A stretch of DNA of 64,000 nucleotides from a virus (IMGVR_UViG_2609459826_000002); one strand, 5' to 3'; positions 1-9,932 are shown, numbered from the stretch's first letter. Notes: generated from the letters alone by a model not told the origin. Numbers and translations: made by a program.

Positions 1-279
1 ATTTAAAGTTTTTATTACTTTATTTAATTTCTCCTGAAAATCCTCCTTAAAGTTTTCAGGATTGCCGTCGACAACAAGAATCTGTTCACCCTGATTATCT
101 GGAAAAATAATCTTTGCACTTATCAATTTATTTTCTTTATAAACATCACCAAGTTTTATGGCTCCTCCAGATAACTGAATAATATGTTCATCTTTAAAGG
201 AGATGTTGCCAGAGATTATGAGAGATGAAAAAATAGCCGCTGCTCCAAGAATTACACTTGCTGTGATATAGCCTTTCAT
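1..279 (-). CDS. hypothetical exported/membrane-anchored protein (partial; 3' end beyond window edge)
   Basis: ATG at 279-277 on minus strand, frame open to position 1; N-terminus MKGYITASVILGAAAIFSSLIISG is hydrophobic (signal/anchor); strongly AT-rich; not in the ORF track because no stop lies inside the window. Confidence 0.4.
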   Translation of the reverse strand, partial: MKGYITASVILGAAAIFSSLIISGNISFKDEHIIQLSGGAIKLGDVYKENKLISAKIIFPDNQGEQILVVDGNPENFKEDFQEKLNKVIKTLN

Positions 280-370
280 TTTTCGCCTATTAACATTTTT
301 CTAAATGTGCATTAATTCTATCACTCTATTTATGACTTACAACCAGCAATACATGTGAGGGGAATCCTGG

Positions 371-2203
371 CTACCAAAATCGGGTATAGCCAACATCGTG
401 ATTTATATCAATGCCACTGGAGCGTGTTTCCGTAACCCGCATACCTGGTGGCATATTTATAAATGATACCTTGATCTCACCATCAACTTTTGGCGCGGTA
501 GCTTTATTAATCATGAAGGGATTCGAGCCTGTGGCATCGGAGGCGTTGTTTGCCTGAGCCGGATCCACCGCCGGATAAGGAGTGTATCCCCGTGCCGGTA
601 TTCCCGTCCCATAAGCATCATAAGCACCCGCGCCCCACTGCGCAGAGTTAATGGCATCGACCGTGTCACCGGAACTGTCGGTAAACCACTCAATAATTGG
701 CTTCAGCTTGTCCCACATATCCTGAAACCACTTAACAACCGGCCCCCAGTTATTGATCACCATCCCCATCGGCGACCAGGCAAAAACTTTCTTAAGGAGT
801 TCCCAGCCAGCCTCAAAATAAGGACCAATGGTTTCCCAGAGCTTCTTGAAATAAGGTCCGACAACATCCCAGTTAGTGATAATTAATCCCGCAGCCAGGG
901 CTATCGCCGTCGCAATCATGCCAATCGGCGTCATCGACATGATCCTGCTGACAATGCTGATGGCACTGCCCACGCCCATCAATCCCAGTTTCAGAATCGC
1001 AAGACCGGCAGCAAGCCCGACGACGCCGCGAATAACCCGGGGATTTTCATCCGCAAACTTCGTGAATTTTTCCCCCAACTCCCCCAGCCATTGCGTGATA
1101 TTTTTAGCGTCACCAGAAAATGCGCCGCCAATAGCCGCAAGGCCGTTAGTTGCGGTCCCTGTCATTGCCTCCCACAGGTTGGACAGCGTACCAAGCTGTG
1201 CCTGAACACGTTTATTCAGGCTGGCCTGTTTATTCATCTTCTGCTGGATCTGATCGTAGCCATCCTTTCCTTTATCGATTAGTGCATTGACCACCTGAAG
1301 GGTTTCGGCATCATCACCAAATATTGCCTTAAGTACACCGGTTCGCTTAACGTCGGTCAGTTTTCGCAGCTTTGCCAGTTGCCCGAACATGTTATCAAGA
1401 CCGCCAAAACTCCCTTTGCCATCAGTAAAATCGAGCTGTACCCCGAGTTTCTGGCGGGCCATGATTTTATTGACGTCCCTGATTTTCTTAACGCTTAATC
1501 CGGACTGGATAACTTTTCGCAGGGCATTACCTGCCGACTCCCCGTTCATCCCCATCTGATCCATCATGACACTGATGGGGGCAAGACTCTGTGCAGCCTG
1601 AAGACCGTCCTTATTCACCATCTTCAGAACAGAGCTGGTTTTAGTGAAGAATGACAGCATGTTGGTGTCGTCAACGCCCAGATAAAACGCCTTCTGAATT
1701 GTGTCGAACAGCCCCATCATGTCTTCTGAGGCCGTTCCGGTAGCATCCTGCATCTTTGCGGCAAACTCGGCAGCCGCTTCCGGTGTTTTTTTCAGTTGTA
1801 CCGCAAGATAAGCTGTCGCTTTACCCACACCACCCAGAATGTTTTCTGCCGGGATCCCCTGACGCACCAGCATCTGCATCATGTTCTGGAAATCAGCCGT
1901 TGTACCGGGTAGCTGGTTACCCAGGCCAATAGCCAGTTTATTGATGTCCTGAAAGCTCTTTCCAACCTCGCCGTTCGCATCCATCATGGCGACTTTCAGC
2001 CCGGTAGCGGCGTTTTCCTGATCGGCATAAGATTTCAGGGAAAGCGTCAGCCCCGCTGCCAATCCGCCACCAAGCGCCAGCCCACCCTGTGACGCCTCTT
2101 CCGCCTGGCGTTTAAATCCCCGGATTTTCTTTTGCATTTTCGACAGCGCGGGAGAAAGCCTGTCGACACCGGTGATCAACGCCTTAAGCTCAAATTCAGC
2201 CAT
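371..2203 (-). CDS. phage tail tape measure protein
   Basis: 610 aa, Ala/Gly/Leu/Gln-rich helical repeats and hydrophobic central segment typical of tape measure proteins; lies directly after chaperone/frameshift pair; ATG start. Confidence 0.85.
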   Translation of the reverse strand: MAEFELKALITGVDRLSPALSKMQKKIRGFKRQAEEASQGGLALGGGLAAGLTLSLKSYADQENAATGLKVAMMDANGEVGKSFQDINKLAIGLGNQLPGTTADFQNMMQMLVRQGIPAENILGGVGKATAYLAVQLKKTPEAAAEFAAKMQDATGTASEDMMGLFDTIQKAFYLGVDDTNMLSFFTKTSSVLKMVNKDGLQAAQSLAPISVMMDQMGMNGESAGNALRKVIQSGLSVKKIRDVNKIMARQKLGVQLDFTDGKGSFGGLDNMFGQLAKLRKLTDVKRTGVLKAIFGDDAETLQVVNALIDKGKDGYDQIQQKMNKQASLNKRVQAQLGTLSNLWEAMTGTATNGLAAIGGAFSGDAKNITQWLGELGEKFTKFADENPRVIRGVVGLAAGLAILKLGLMGVGSAISIVSRIMSMTPIGMIATAIALAAGLIITNWDVVGPYFKKLWETIGPYFEAGWELLKKVFAWSPMGMVINNWGPVVKWFQDMWDKLKPIIEWFTDSSGDTVDAINSAQWGAGAYDAYGTGIPARGYTPYPAVDPAQANNASDATGSNPFMINKATAPKVDGEIKVSFINMPPGMRVTETRSSGIDINHDVGYTRFW

Positions 2204-2378
2204 GTGTGCGTTTCTCCTGCTCTATCCTGTTTGCCTGACTGACCAGCAAGGGAATTTCACTGATCGGCATATTCAGCAATTCGAAGGGATTAATGCGCCA
2301 GTAGCTGGCGCAGTCAAAGAAGCGATCAGTGAGGTATTCAGCCGTCAGGCCTGGAGGAAAAAACCAGCCACAAGCCAC
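2196..2378 (-). other. -1 frame extension of tail chaperone (programmed frameshift product, E/E'- or G/GT-like)
   Basis: 60-codon ORF in -1 frame overlapping chaperone 3' end by 34 nt and tape measure start; slippery site T TTT TTC on minus strand = forward 2357-2363. Confidence 0.55.
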
Positions 2379-2614
2379 GCCGCTGCATTCAGGTCTGCCG
2401 GAGACATCTGGTCGACAGAGCTTTGCGGCACTTTCGCCAGCCGCACAATGTATTTCGACACCACATGCGCCAGAAGTCTGACGGACTCATCCTGATTCAT
2501 CTGGTAGGGATACCCCAGCTCGCGGACATCCTTCCCGGTGGGTTCATCAAACTCCAGTACGGAGAGTGTCTCACCATGAGCGATAATCGGTTTCTTTAAC
2601 TCAAGCTCTTTCAT
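2345..2614 (-). CDS. phage tail assembly chaperone (upstream frame of frameshift pair)
   Basis: 89 aa ORF between tail tube and tape measure genes; TAATG overlap with tube gene stop; ends AGFFLQA over a TTTTTTC slippery heptamer. Confidence 0.7.
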   Translation of the reverse strand: MKELELKKPIIAHGETLSVLEFDEPTGKDVRELGYPYQMNQDESVRLLAHVVSKYIVRLAKVPQSSVDQMSPADLNAAAWLVAGFFLQA

Positions 2615-2970
2615 TACTGGTAATCCCCTTCTTCACCGTGGAACTCAAGATCAACCGTGCCTTCTTCGGCATTATGGTTCGCTTCTCCGTGCAGCCAGGC
2701 GGACGACAATACATAGACCTGACCGTTCGCCAGCTCGGCAGTGATGGTCATCTCATCAGACGAGGTGATTTTGCTCACCGGAAAATTCTTCGGCACCTTG
2801 AAGGTCCCTTTGACATAAGGCGCACGGTGAGTTTCCTTGCGGTCCACTGAACCGTCCAGGCCGATGATGTCATCATTGACCGTCCTGTTCATGGGCACCT
2901 CAATGCCGCCGGTCAGCGATAGCTGCTGACCGTCAATTTTGAAATAACAGGTTCCCCCGATACGGGCCAT
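2614..2970 (-). CDS. phage tail tube protein (contractile tail)
   Basis: 118 aa, immediately downstream of sheath gene with TAATG overlap; size and position match myovirus tube proteins. Confidence 0.75.
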   Translation of the reverse strand: MARIGGTCYFKIDGQQLSLTGGIEVPMNRTVNDDIIGLDGSVDRKETHRAPYVKGTFKVPKNFPVSKITSSDEMTITAELANGQVYVLSSAWLHGEANHNAEEGTVDLEFHGEEGDYQ

Positions 2971-4466
2971 TATGCAGACTCCTCTGAATACTGAAGACGG
3001 AACTGGTTAACCACGGCAAAGACACGCAACTGGTTAACATAGTCAGGCGGGAACAGCGTGTTCAGGCGGTTCGGATCGCTGGCATCACGCTCCACAACCA
3101 GGTACTGCTTAAACAGTTCGTAGTTTTCCACGATCCCCGCACGCTCAAGCTGACGGTAGGTTGCCAGCAGTTCCCCTTTGATCACCGCCGGGGTGACAAT
3201 CGCCTGACCGGGACCAAAGCGGGTACCGTCACTGGCAAGCTTGTGACGCCCGTACTTACTGGTAATGACGGATTTCAGTTTGCGCAGTACATACGCGCTG
3301 GTATGCAGTGTCTCACTGTCGAGGTAGCTGTTATCCGCAACCCCGTAAGCGTTTTTCCTGTACGTGGTGACATCACGCTGAATGCGCAGTACCCCGCTTT
3401 CGACATACGCCGTTGCCACGCCATGAGACAGCAGGGTCTGTTGTTCGGTCATCGTGAACCGTTTCCCCTTCGGCGCAGGCAGCATACCCACCAGCTCACC
3501 GGTCTGCGTGGGACGTGCCGGATCGTTGCGGATAAACACCGCTGCGCGGGCGGTACGGCTTGCCGCAAGTTCGTCGGCAGGCGTCTGGGTCTCTTTTTCG
3601 TACCCTGCCAGGGTAATGTGCTGCTGGTTAAACTGGTCACCTGCGGTCACCAGTTCTGACAGCGTGCCGATCTTTGCCGTATACACATGACCATACAGCT
3701 GACGCGCATAGCTCCAGCGACCGCTGGTATCGTTCATCTCGGTCACCAGCGTGTTAACGGAGGCCGTGTCGTTGAACGGCAGGCCGATATAATCAAACGG
3801 CTCATCCGCCATTGCAGCCACCGCGCCGGTGAGAACCGGAGCACCCGTTCCGGCGGTACCCGTCGCCACGGCAATCTGTACGCCCGCTGGCAGCACTTCG
3901 CCCCCACCAAAGCCGTAGTAATTGAGGCTGACAGGAATTTCATTCCCGCAAAGCCCCTTATGACGCGCGGTAAGTGTGACCACGCCTGCCGAAGATGAAG
4001 CCGTAAACGGCAGGGCCGGAACGGCATTGATGGCATCTTTGATACTGCTGGCAATCGTCGTGACGTTATCGCCGTTGGTCACCGGAGCCTGCACGCGGGT
4101 ACGTCCCACATAGACATTCACCGTGCCGCTTTCGGTTGCTTCCCCGGTCACCGCCAGCGTAACCGTTGCCGCCGCGCCTGTGGCTTCCGGAACGGCAATC
4201 ACATACAGCTCACCAAACGGGTCTGTCTGGCGATAAGCCTCGACCATACGCGCCAGCTGACTTCCCGCACCACAAATCTGGCGTGCATAGTCTGCCGACG
4301 GCATCAGCACCAGACTGTTGGCAACAATCTCTGCACCGTTATTGGCATGACCAATCAGCAGCGATGCTCCGCTGTCCTGTGCAGTATTCGCAGCCTGGTT
4401 ATCCATTTCCGCATAAAACAGCGGAACCAGCGTATTCGACGGAATGGTGTTAAAGCTTATCGTCAT
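2970..4466 (-). CDS. phage tail sheath protein
   Basis: 498 aa, size and composition of contractile tail sheath; followed by tube, chaperone and tape measure in canonical order. Confidence 0.85.
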   Translation of the reverse strand: MTISFNTIPSNTLVPLFYAEMDNQAANTAQDSGASLLIGHANNGAEIVANSLVLMPSADYARQICGAGSQLARMVEAYRQTDPFGELYVIAVPEATGAAATVTLAVTGEATESGTVNVYVGRTRVQAPVTNGDNVTTIASSIKDAINAVPALPFTASSSAGVVTLTARHKGLCGNEIPVSLNYYGFGGGEVLPAGVQIAVATGTAGTGAPVLTGAVAAMADEPFDYIGLPFNDTASVNTLVTEMNDTSGRWSYARQLYGHVYTAKIGTLSELVTAGDQFNQQHITLAGYEKETQTPADELAASRTARAAVFIRNDPARPTQTGELVGMLPAPKGKRFTMTEQQTLLSHGVATAYVESGVLRIQRDVTTYRKNAYGVADNSYLDSETLHTSAYVLRKLKSVITSKYGRHKLASDGTRFGPGQAIVTPAVIKGELLATYRQLERAGIVENYELFKQYLVVERDASDPNRLNTLFPPDYVNQLRVFAVVNQFRLQYSEESA

Positions 4467-4620
4467 CGGTGTTCACCTTTTTATTCACGCGCCGGATATC
4501 ACCCGCTGCTTCACGGCGCAGCCAGTAGTTGTTCTCGTCAACATTTCGCCCTTCGGCGGGCAAAAGGTCGCCGCGGGCAGGGTCAGGCACTGACCGCCCT
4601 TTAACAGGTTTGACAAACAT
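4450..4620 (-). CDS. small phage protein, unknown function
   Basis: 56-codon ORF (MFVKPVKGRSVPDPARGDLLPAEGRNVDENNYWLRREAAGDIRRVNKKVNTDDDKL) with ATG, overlapping sheath start; below the 60-aa cutoff of the ORF track. Confidence 0.35.
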   Translation of the reverse strand: MFVKPVKGRSVPDPARGDLLPAEGRNVDENNYWLRREAAGDIRRVNKKVNTDDDKL

Positions 4621-4628
4621 GAGGATCC

Positions 4629-5189
4629 TCAGGAAGGAAGGGTTATTTCGGTGTGATGTTCGATATCGCCGTCAGGCCCGTTACCGGGCTCGAGATAATC
4701 AACATCAATCGCCAGCGTTTGCAGTTCACCCAGACTGTTCAGATCATCCTGCTGGCGGGTATCGTCTTCAGTCAGCTCGCTGATGACCGAAAAATCGAAC
4801 TGATAAATCAGCTCATGACGATTCAGATCCAGCAGCGTGCCGCCGTCATAGGTAATCGGGTTACCGCACGCTTCCGGGTTCCAGCCCAGCAGGGCCTTAA
4901 AGAGCATTTGCCGGACATCGTCCACCACATCATACGAGGAAAACTGACCGCGCTCATCACGCCCGTTACTCAGTATGACAACCACGGAGAAGCCCTCTTT
5001 CAGCTCCTGCCAGTAGTCGGTCTGGCTTTTGTTTTCTCCCGGAGAGTCATCACCCGGTACCACATACGCCGCCGGGAGTCTCAGCTTTCCGACCTCCGGC
5101 AGATTTTTGAACTGTGCCGCGCCTGCCACCCGGTTTTCAAAATACGGGCAGCGGGCACGCAGCGCAGCAATAACAGGCGTCAGTTTCAT
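4629..5189 (-). CDS. phage neck/tail-associated protein, unknown function
   Basis: 186 aa ORF between head-tail joining genes and sheath; operonic spacing. Confidence 0.5.
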   Translation of the reverse strand: MKLTPVIAALRARCPYFENRVAGAAQFKNLPEVGKLRLPAAYVVPGDDSPGENKSQTDYWQELKEGFSVVVILSNGRDERGQFSSYDVVDDVRQMLFKALLGWNPEACGNPITYDGGTLLDLNRHELIYQFDFSVISELTEDDTRQQDDLNSLGELQTLAIDVDYLEPGNGPDGDIEHHTEITLPS

Positions 5190-5692
5190 CTGTGTCGTCG
5201 CTCCGGCTTCAGTGATTTACGCAATTCCCGCGCCAGAAAATAGCGTGTCCAGCTGCGGTTCTTTTCAAGCGTTTCCACCATGAAGTTATTACGTGGAGCC
5301 AGTCGCCAGCCGCTGCCACCGGATGCACCACGATGATGACTACGACGACGTTTTGCTCCTCCCCGGACACCAAAAAACAGAAACGCCGGATAGAAGTCAC
5401 CAGAGATCATCCGGTTCCCCTTCCCGTTGCGCTGGTTAGGGGCAATGCGTGTCATAAAACCGGCTCGCTTTTTACTGGCTCTCGGCACCATATAACCAAT
5501 CGAACGAGCCAGGCGTCCGGTCTGATAACCGGGGTTTTCACCCGGTGCCGACCGCGCACGGCGCATCACCAGCCGACGGGCATCACGCATATGACGCTGC
5601 CCAATCGTGACAAACGCCCGCCGGACACGGGCGCGGTTAAAGCGCATCTCGGCGGGCTGCTGAACATCAACGTGAAAAAAGGGAGTCGCCAT
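5186..5692 (-). CDS. phage head-tail joining protein (HK97 gp10-like)
   Basis: 168 aa, basic, motif YPAFLFFGVRGG resembling gp10-family; ATG with GGAGG RBS; position after adaptor. Confidence 0.55.
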   Translation of the reverse strand: MATPFFHVDVQQPAEMRFNRARVRRAFVTIGQRHMRDARRLVMRRARSAPGENPGYQTGRLARSIGYMVPRASKKRAGFMTRIAPNQRNGKGNRMISGDFYPAFLFFGVRGGAKRRRSHHRGASGGSGWRLAPRNNFMVETLEKNRSWTRYFLARELRKSLKPERRHR

Positions 5693-6077
5693 TGCTGCCT
5701 CCGTGACTCTGCCTACATTCGCCCAGCTCCGTACACTCCAGCAGCAGAAAGCGCCGCGCCCCGTTCAGATCACGCTGACGTTTCACCCGGTACACACTGT
5801 CATCACAGACCACCTCATAATCAGCAGTGATCCCCCGGCGGTAACGAATGGTGATGTAATGGGTGATGGCGTCCCCGGTCTGCGCGGTTTCCTGCCAGGT
5901 GGTGGCACTGGTCTGGATAACCTTCGCCCATGTCCGGAACGTAACCGGGTATTGAGACTCCACGCCAAAGTTATCCGCGGGCATATCCACCCGCTGGCGG
6001 ATCAGGACGCGTTTATTCAGTTCACCGGGGTCCGGCAGAATGTAGGTTGCGCTGGTCTGCGCCTGACGAATTTTCAT
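5667..6077 (-). CDS. phage head-tail adaptor / head closure protein
   Basis: 136 aa; pattern ITHYITIRYRRGIT...YEVV...RVKR...LLLECTEL typical of head-tail adaptor family. Confidence 0.6.
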   Translation of the reverse strand: MKIRQAQTSATYILPDPGELNKRVLIRQRVDMPADNFGVESQYPVTFRTWAKVIQTSATTWQETAQTGDAITHYITIRYRRGITADYEVVCDDSVYRVKRQRDLNGARRFLLLECTELGECRQSHGGSNGDSLFSR

Positions 6078-6397
6078 TGCGGAAAGTACCTGTACGGGCC
6101 GACAAGCCAGCCAAAACTCTGCGGCATGTCGAGTTTCTCCACTTCCGTAACCGACGAGCGGTTTTCGTAAAAATGGCTGATAAGCATCAGCATCCCCAGA
6201 CGAATATCATCCGGCAGGTGCAGCCCGTCCGGATCGCTGTCCGGAATGGTTTCATCCGGTGCATAGAGCTTCCGGTTCAGATACGTTTCCGTCCGCTTTT
6301 GTGCCGCACAGGCCAGCAGTTGCAGATGGCGGTCATCAGCATCGAAATCCTCATCCAGCCGGAGTTGGGCTTTAATCTCTTCCATTGTCAGAAGCAT
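6074..6397 (-). CDS. phage head-tail connector protein (gp6-like)
   Basis: 107 aa acidic protein directly after capsid region; typical size and position. Confidence 0.6.
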   Translation of the reverse strand: MLLTMEEIKAQLRLDEDFDADDRHLQLLACAAQKRTETYLNRKLYAPDETIPDSDPDGLHLPDDIRLGMLMLISHFYENRSSVTEVEKLDMPQSFGWLVGPYRYFPQ

Positions 6398-6399
6398 AC

Positions 6400-6600
6400 T
6401 CAGCCCTCTTTACTGGTCGTGGCTTTTTTCTCTTTTGTCGCTTTACTGCTTTTTGCACTGGTTCCGCGCTCTGCTAACCCGGCCTGAAGTGCAATCTCCT
6501 GCACCCGGGCAGGAAGCGCCCCGTCGTCATACTCACCGGCCCGAATGACCTCAACACGCATACCGTCCGGTGACCATTTCAGATCTTGTTTCAGGATCAT
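6400..6600 (-). CDS. hypothetical small phage protein
   Basis: 66 aa ORF with ATG between capsid and connector genes; Lys/Ser-rich tail. Confidence 0.3.
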   Translation of the reverse strand: MILKQDLKWSPDGMRVEVIRAGEYDDGALPARVQEIALQAGLAERGTSAKSSKATKEKKATTSKEG

Positions 6601-6649
6601 GATTCTTCACCCGTCAGAACAGGGGGCGCGGTTCCGCGCCCCTGAGTGA

Positions 6650-7855
6650 TTACGCCGCTGCAATCTTCAGCAGTTTGATGGCCTGCGAATCGACCAGCAT
6701 CCCGCCGGTGCGCTTGGTGGTATAAAAACCGACAAACGGTTTATTGGTGTACGGGTCACGCAGAATGCGGGTGCCGATACGGTCAACGATGGTGTAACCC
6801 CGTTTGAAGTTACCAAATGCAATGGCTTTCGCATCAGCGGCGATATCCGGCATCTGTTCGTTTTCAGCGATACCGTAACCCGCCAGAGAGGACGGCTGCC
6901 CCAGTTCCAGCCCAGGACGCCACAGATAGTTACCCTCGGTGTCTTTCAGCAGACGGATGGCAAACAGGCTGTTGTTGTTCATCATGAACTTCGCGCCAGT
7001 GCGGTGTGCCTTTCGCAGCGTGTAAATCAGTTTGATAATGGCGTCTGCGGTCACCGCAGTCGCGTCGCCGGATACAATATGCTGAAGTTTGCCGAACGCC
7101 CGGACCTTATCGGTTTCATCAGTGGACTCATACGCCAGGAACCCTTTCGGCTTCTTGGTGCCATCGCCGGAGGTAAAGGCAATTTCTTCCTGTTCGGCAA
7201 ATTCGGTTGCCAGCTCGCTGTTGATCCAGGCCTCCACGTTGAAGAAGGCATCGTCCAGCATTTTCTGGGTAGCCTGCGGGTTGCCGTAGATTTCCCCCAT
7301 GAGAGGTTCAATCAGCTCCAGTCTGGAGGTGGCAGTCTGGGATCGCGTATCCGTTTCCCCCACCCATCCGGAAGCCGTACCGCCCAGATTCACCAGTTTT
7401 TTGTAGTCGGAACCGCCAACGGTGATCACCGTGGCTTCCTGACGCATCACCACTTCATCTTTCAGCAGGTTAAGAATGTTGCGATCCAGTTCTTCCGGCA
7501 CGGCGTAGCCACCGTCTTCATCGGTGCCCACCTGCAATGCCTTACGCTCCAGATCGCGCAGACCGTCTTCACGGCCTTTACGCAGGAAGCCCACAAACGC
7601 CTCTTTATGCTCGGTGGCCAGTTTATTTTGCGCTCCACCTGCCGGACGTTTCAGCTCAAGCAGCTCTTTTTCAAGGTCGCTTTTGAGATTTTCCAGCTCG
7701 CTGAGTTTTCCGTTCAGGGTTTCCACCTGCCCGGCAAGTTTGCCTTTTTCCTGCTCAATCGCCTCAACGCGCTTGTCGTTCTTTGCTTTGAAGTCGTCAA
7801 ACTTCTGCTGCAGCTCCTGCGCGACCTGTTCGACATCTTTAATATCAACCGCCAT
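6650..7855 (-). CDS. phage major capsid protein, HK97 family
   Basis: 401 aa; N-terminal coiled-coil delta domain (cleaved scaffold) then HK97-fold region; ATG with AGGAGA RBS; follows prohead protease. Confidence 0.9.
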   Translation of the reverse strand: MAVDIKDVEQVAQELQQKFDDFKAKNDKRVEAIEQEKGKLAGQVETLNGKLSELENLKSDLEKELLELKRPAGGAQNKLATEHKEAFVGFLRKGREDGLRDLERKALQVGTDEDGGYAVPEELDRNILNLLKDEVVMRQEATVITVGGSDYKKLVNLGGTASGWVGETDTRSQTATSRLELIEPLMGEIYGNPQATQKMLDDAFFNVEAWINSELATEFAEQEEIAFTSGDGTKKPKGFLAYESTDETDKVRAFGKLQHIVSGDATAVTADAIIKLIYTLRKAHRTGAKFMMNNNSLFAIRLLKDTEGNYLWRPGLELGQPSSLAGYGIAENEQMPDIAADAKAIAFGNFKRGYTIVDRIGTRILRDPYTNKPFVGFYTTKRTGGMLVDSQAIKLLKIAAA

Positions 7856-7869
7856 CGTATTTCTCCTGA

Positions 7870-8556
7870 TTAGAAGTTCAGATTTTTCAGTGCATTCAGT
7901 GCAGAGCCCACATCCTCAGCGTCGCGCAGGGACAGTGCGCCATAGCCCCCGGCCATGAATGCTTTGGCCTGGGTACGGGAGAGTCCGACATCACGCAGGA
8001 CTCTTTCGATTTTTTTCTGTTCGGGGATTTCCCCGCGGGCCAGTGCGTTCTTGACGTCGCTGATCCGCGCCTCGTCGTTAGACGGGAACGTCACCAGGCT
8101 GACTTCCCAGAGGTCGATTTCTTTCAGCAGAAAGGCTTCTTTGCTCCGGTCGTATTCCCAGTCTTTCAGGACGTACCCAATAGAAAGGCCGGTTAACGAA
8201 CCGGCCTTCATGTGTGCATGTGCGCGTTTTGCGAGGGGATCATCATCAATAAGCAACCGTCCCCTGACGTAAAGCCCGACATCGTCTTCCTTCATTTCGG
8301 TGTAAACACCGATGGGTTCATCCATGCGGTGCTGCCAGAGCAGCGCAGGTAACGCTTTTCTGTCACTCCACGCCCGCAGGGAAGCGGCAAATGCCCCTGA
8401 CATCACCACATCATCGTGGCTGTCCTTTACACCAAAGACGGAGCCATACCCTTCAAACTCACCGGAGTCACTGACAGATTTCAGACTCAGCGGTACATCA
8501 AGACGTTGTTTCGTCTGCATTGGCGTTATCCTTCTGCTTACCGGCTTTACTGCCAT
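7870..8556 (-). CDS. phage prohead protease, HK97 family
   Basis: 228 aa, between portal and capsid; sequence pattern of HK97-type maturation protease. Confidence 0.85.
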   Translation of the reverse strand: MAVKPVSRRITPMQTKQRLDVPLSLKSVSDSGEFEGYGSVFGVKDSHDDVVMSGAFAASLRAWSDRKALPALLWQHRMDEPIGVYTEMKEDDVGLYVRGRLLIDDDPLAKRAHAHMKAGSLTGLSIGYVLKDWEYDRSKEAFLLKEIDLWEVSLVTFPSNDEARISDVKNALARGEIPEQKKIERVLRDVGLSRTQAKAFMAGGYGALSLRDAEDVGSALNALKNLNF

Positions 8557-9739
8557 CGGAGGGTTTCGTGGTCATGTTCATCGGTGTGAGATAGACATCA
8601 CCACCGGGACGCGGATTCATATCTTCCAGGTCGCGGCAGTCATTGGGAGAGTAAATTCCCCAATTGATCCCGGTAGCGTAGGCTTCAAAACGGGACTTCA
8701 TATCCCCGCGCAGTAAGGCCCCGGCGTTAAATTTGGCGTAATAAACGCCCTGCTTACTTTTTCGTACCAGTCCGGTGTTGATCCGCTGCTCAATGCGGGT
8801 CAGATACGGCACCAGTGAATAGTTGATAAATCCCAGCCCCAGCTCTTCGATATTGTTGAAGGTGGCGCGATCGGTGTTCTGCACCATGTGCAACGGCACC
8901 CGGAACAGACGACAGATTTCTTCAAGCTGAAACTTGCGGGTTTCCAGGAACTGGCTGTCCTCGGCGTTCAGCGCCATCGACTTCCAGTCCAGCCCCATCT
9001 CAAGGATCATCGGGCGGTGAGCATTGCCAAGCCCGGTGTGACGCTCCTCAAAATCTTTCTTCAGGCGCTCATAAGCCTGATCTGACAGCGTCTGCTCTGT
9101 ACGCAACACACCCGACGTCACCGCGCCATTGCTGAACAGTCTGGCCCCGTGCTCTTCGGTCGCAGCTGCCAGCGATATTGCCTCGCGGGCATAGGCGATG
9201 GGATTCAGCCCCACCAGACCGTCCAGCGTCAGCGTGCGCACATGCCAGATATCTTCCTGGCTCAGTACATCCGTAGAGCCGTCCGGGAATGTGACCTGAT
9301 AGACCGGCTCCCAGCTACTGTTAAGCTTCGGTACCACACAGCCGGGATCGACGGGCAGCAGTTCAGCCACTTCGCCAAATGCTTTCACTTTGTAGGCGTA
9401 AAAGTTTCCCCGCAGGCACAGACAGGTGACCACCAGCTCCCAGAACTCCTGCGGCGTCATATAGCCATTGGGATGCGTGGAGATCAGCTTATGCAGACGC
9501 TCGCCGGTGGCTCTCTGTTTCAGGCTGCCGTTCAGGTGATACAGATTGCAGGGCAACATCCCGACCGACTCTGCCAGCACCCTGACGCAGGAAAAAACCG
9601 CCGTCAGTCGCATGGCCCGCTGGCTGCTGATCTGCTTTCCGGTATAGGTGTCGTAGGACAACCCGATAGCATCCGCCAGCTCTGCTGGCGTGGTCACCGG
9701 TGCGTCACTTTTTCGTTGAAATAATCCCGAAAAGAACAC
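8498..9739 (-). CDS. phage portal protein
   Basis: 413 aa, between terminase large subunit and protease; ORF starts with GTG at 9739 (true start may be internal). Confidence 0.85.
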   Translation of the reverse strand: MFFSGLFQRKSDAPVTTPAELADAIGLSYDTYTGKQISSQRAMRLTAVFSCVRVLAESVGMLPCNLYHLNGSLKQRATGERLHKLISTHPNGYMTPQEFWELVVTCLCLRGNFYAYKVKAFGEVAELLPVDPGCVVPKLNSSWEPVYQVTFPDGSTDVLSQEDIWHVRTLTLDGLVGLNPIAYAREAISLAAATEEHGARLFSNGAVTSGVLRTEQTLSDQAYERLKKDFEERHTGLGNAHRPMILEMGLDWKSMALNAEDSQFLETRKFQLEEICRLFRVPLHMVQNTDRATFNNIEELGLGFINYSLVPYLTRIEQRINTGLVRKSKQGVYYAKFNAGALLRGDMKSRFEAYATGINWGIYSPNDCRDLEDMNPRPGGDVYLTPMNMTTKPSDGSKAGKQKDNANADETTS

Positions 9740-9921
9740 TATTTACCTCCGCCGACAGACGACTGTGTACGGTCGAGATATCGCGCCACCAGCCACGACC
9801 AGAACAGGCACAACGCCCCGGCAACAACAAACCCCGCCGGGGGATAAATCAGCCAGGCACCATACGCCAGCAAAAGCGCCCCCAGCACGCCCACCAGAGG
9901 CGCGAGAATCAGCATGATCAT
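9739..9921 (-). CDS. small membrane protein, unknown function
   Basis: 60 aa, two hydrophobic helices ([22 protein letters not shown] / [16 protein letters not shown]); ATG with GAGG RBS. Confidence 0.4.
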
Positions 9922-9932
9922 AATTACCTCAG

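Noticed and set aside
876-1282. Plus-strand ORFs inside the tape measure gene
   Set aside because: Shadow ORFs in the antisense frame of a long, well-supported gene; no ribosome-binding site.
3243-4054. Several plus- and minus-strand ORFs overlapping the tail sheath gene
   Set aside because: Antisense or alternative-frame ORFs inside a high-confidence CDS; Arg/Pro-rich translations typical of GC-rich non-coding frames.
7004-7958. 289-aa and 144-aa plus-strand ORFs over the capsid and protease genes
   Set aside because: Antisense to a clearly real capsid gene; low-complexity Ser/Leu/Phe-rich translation.
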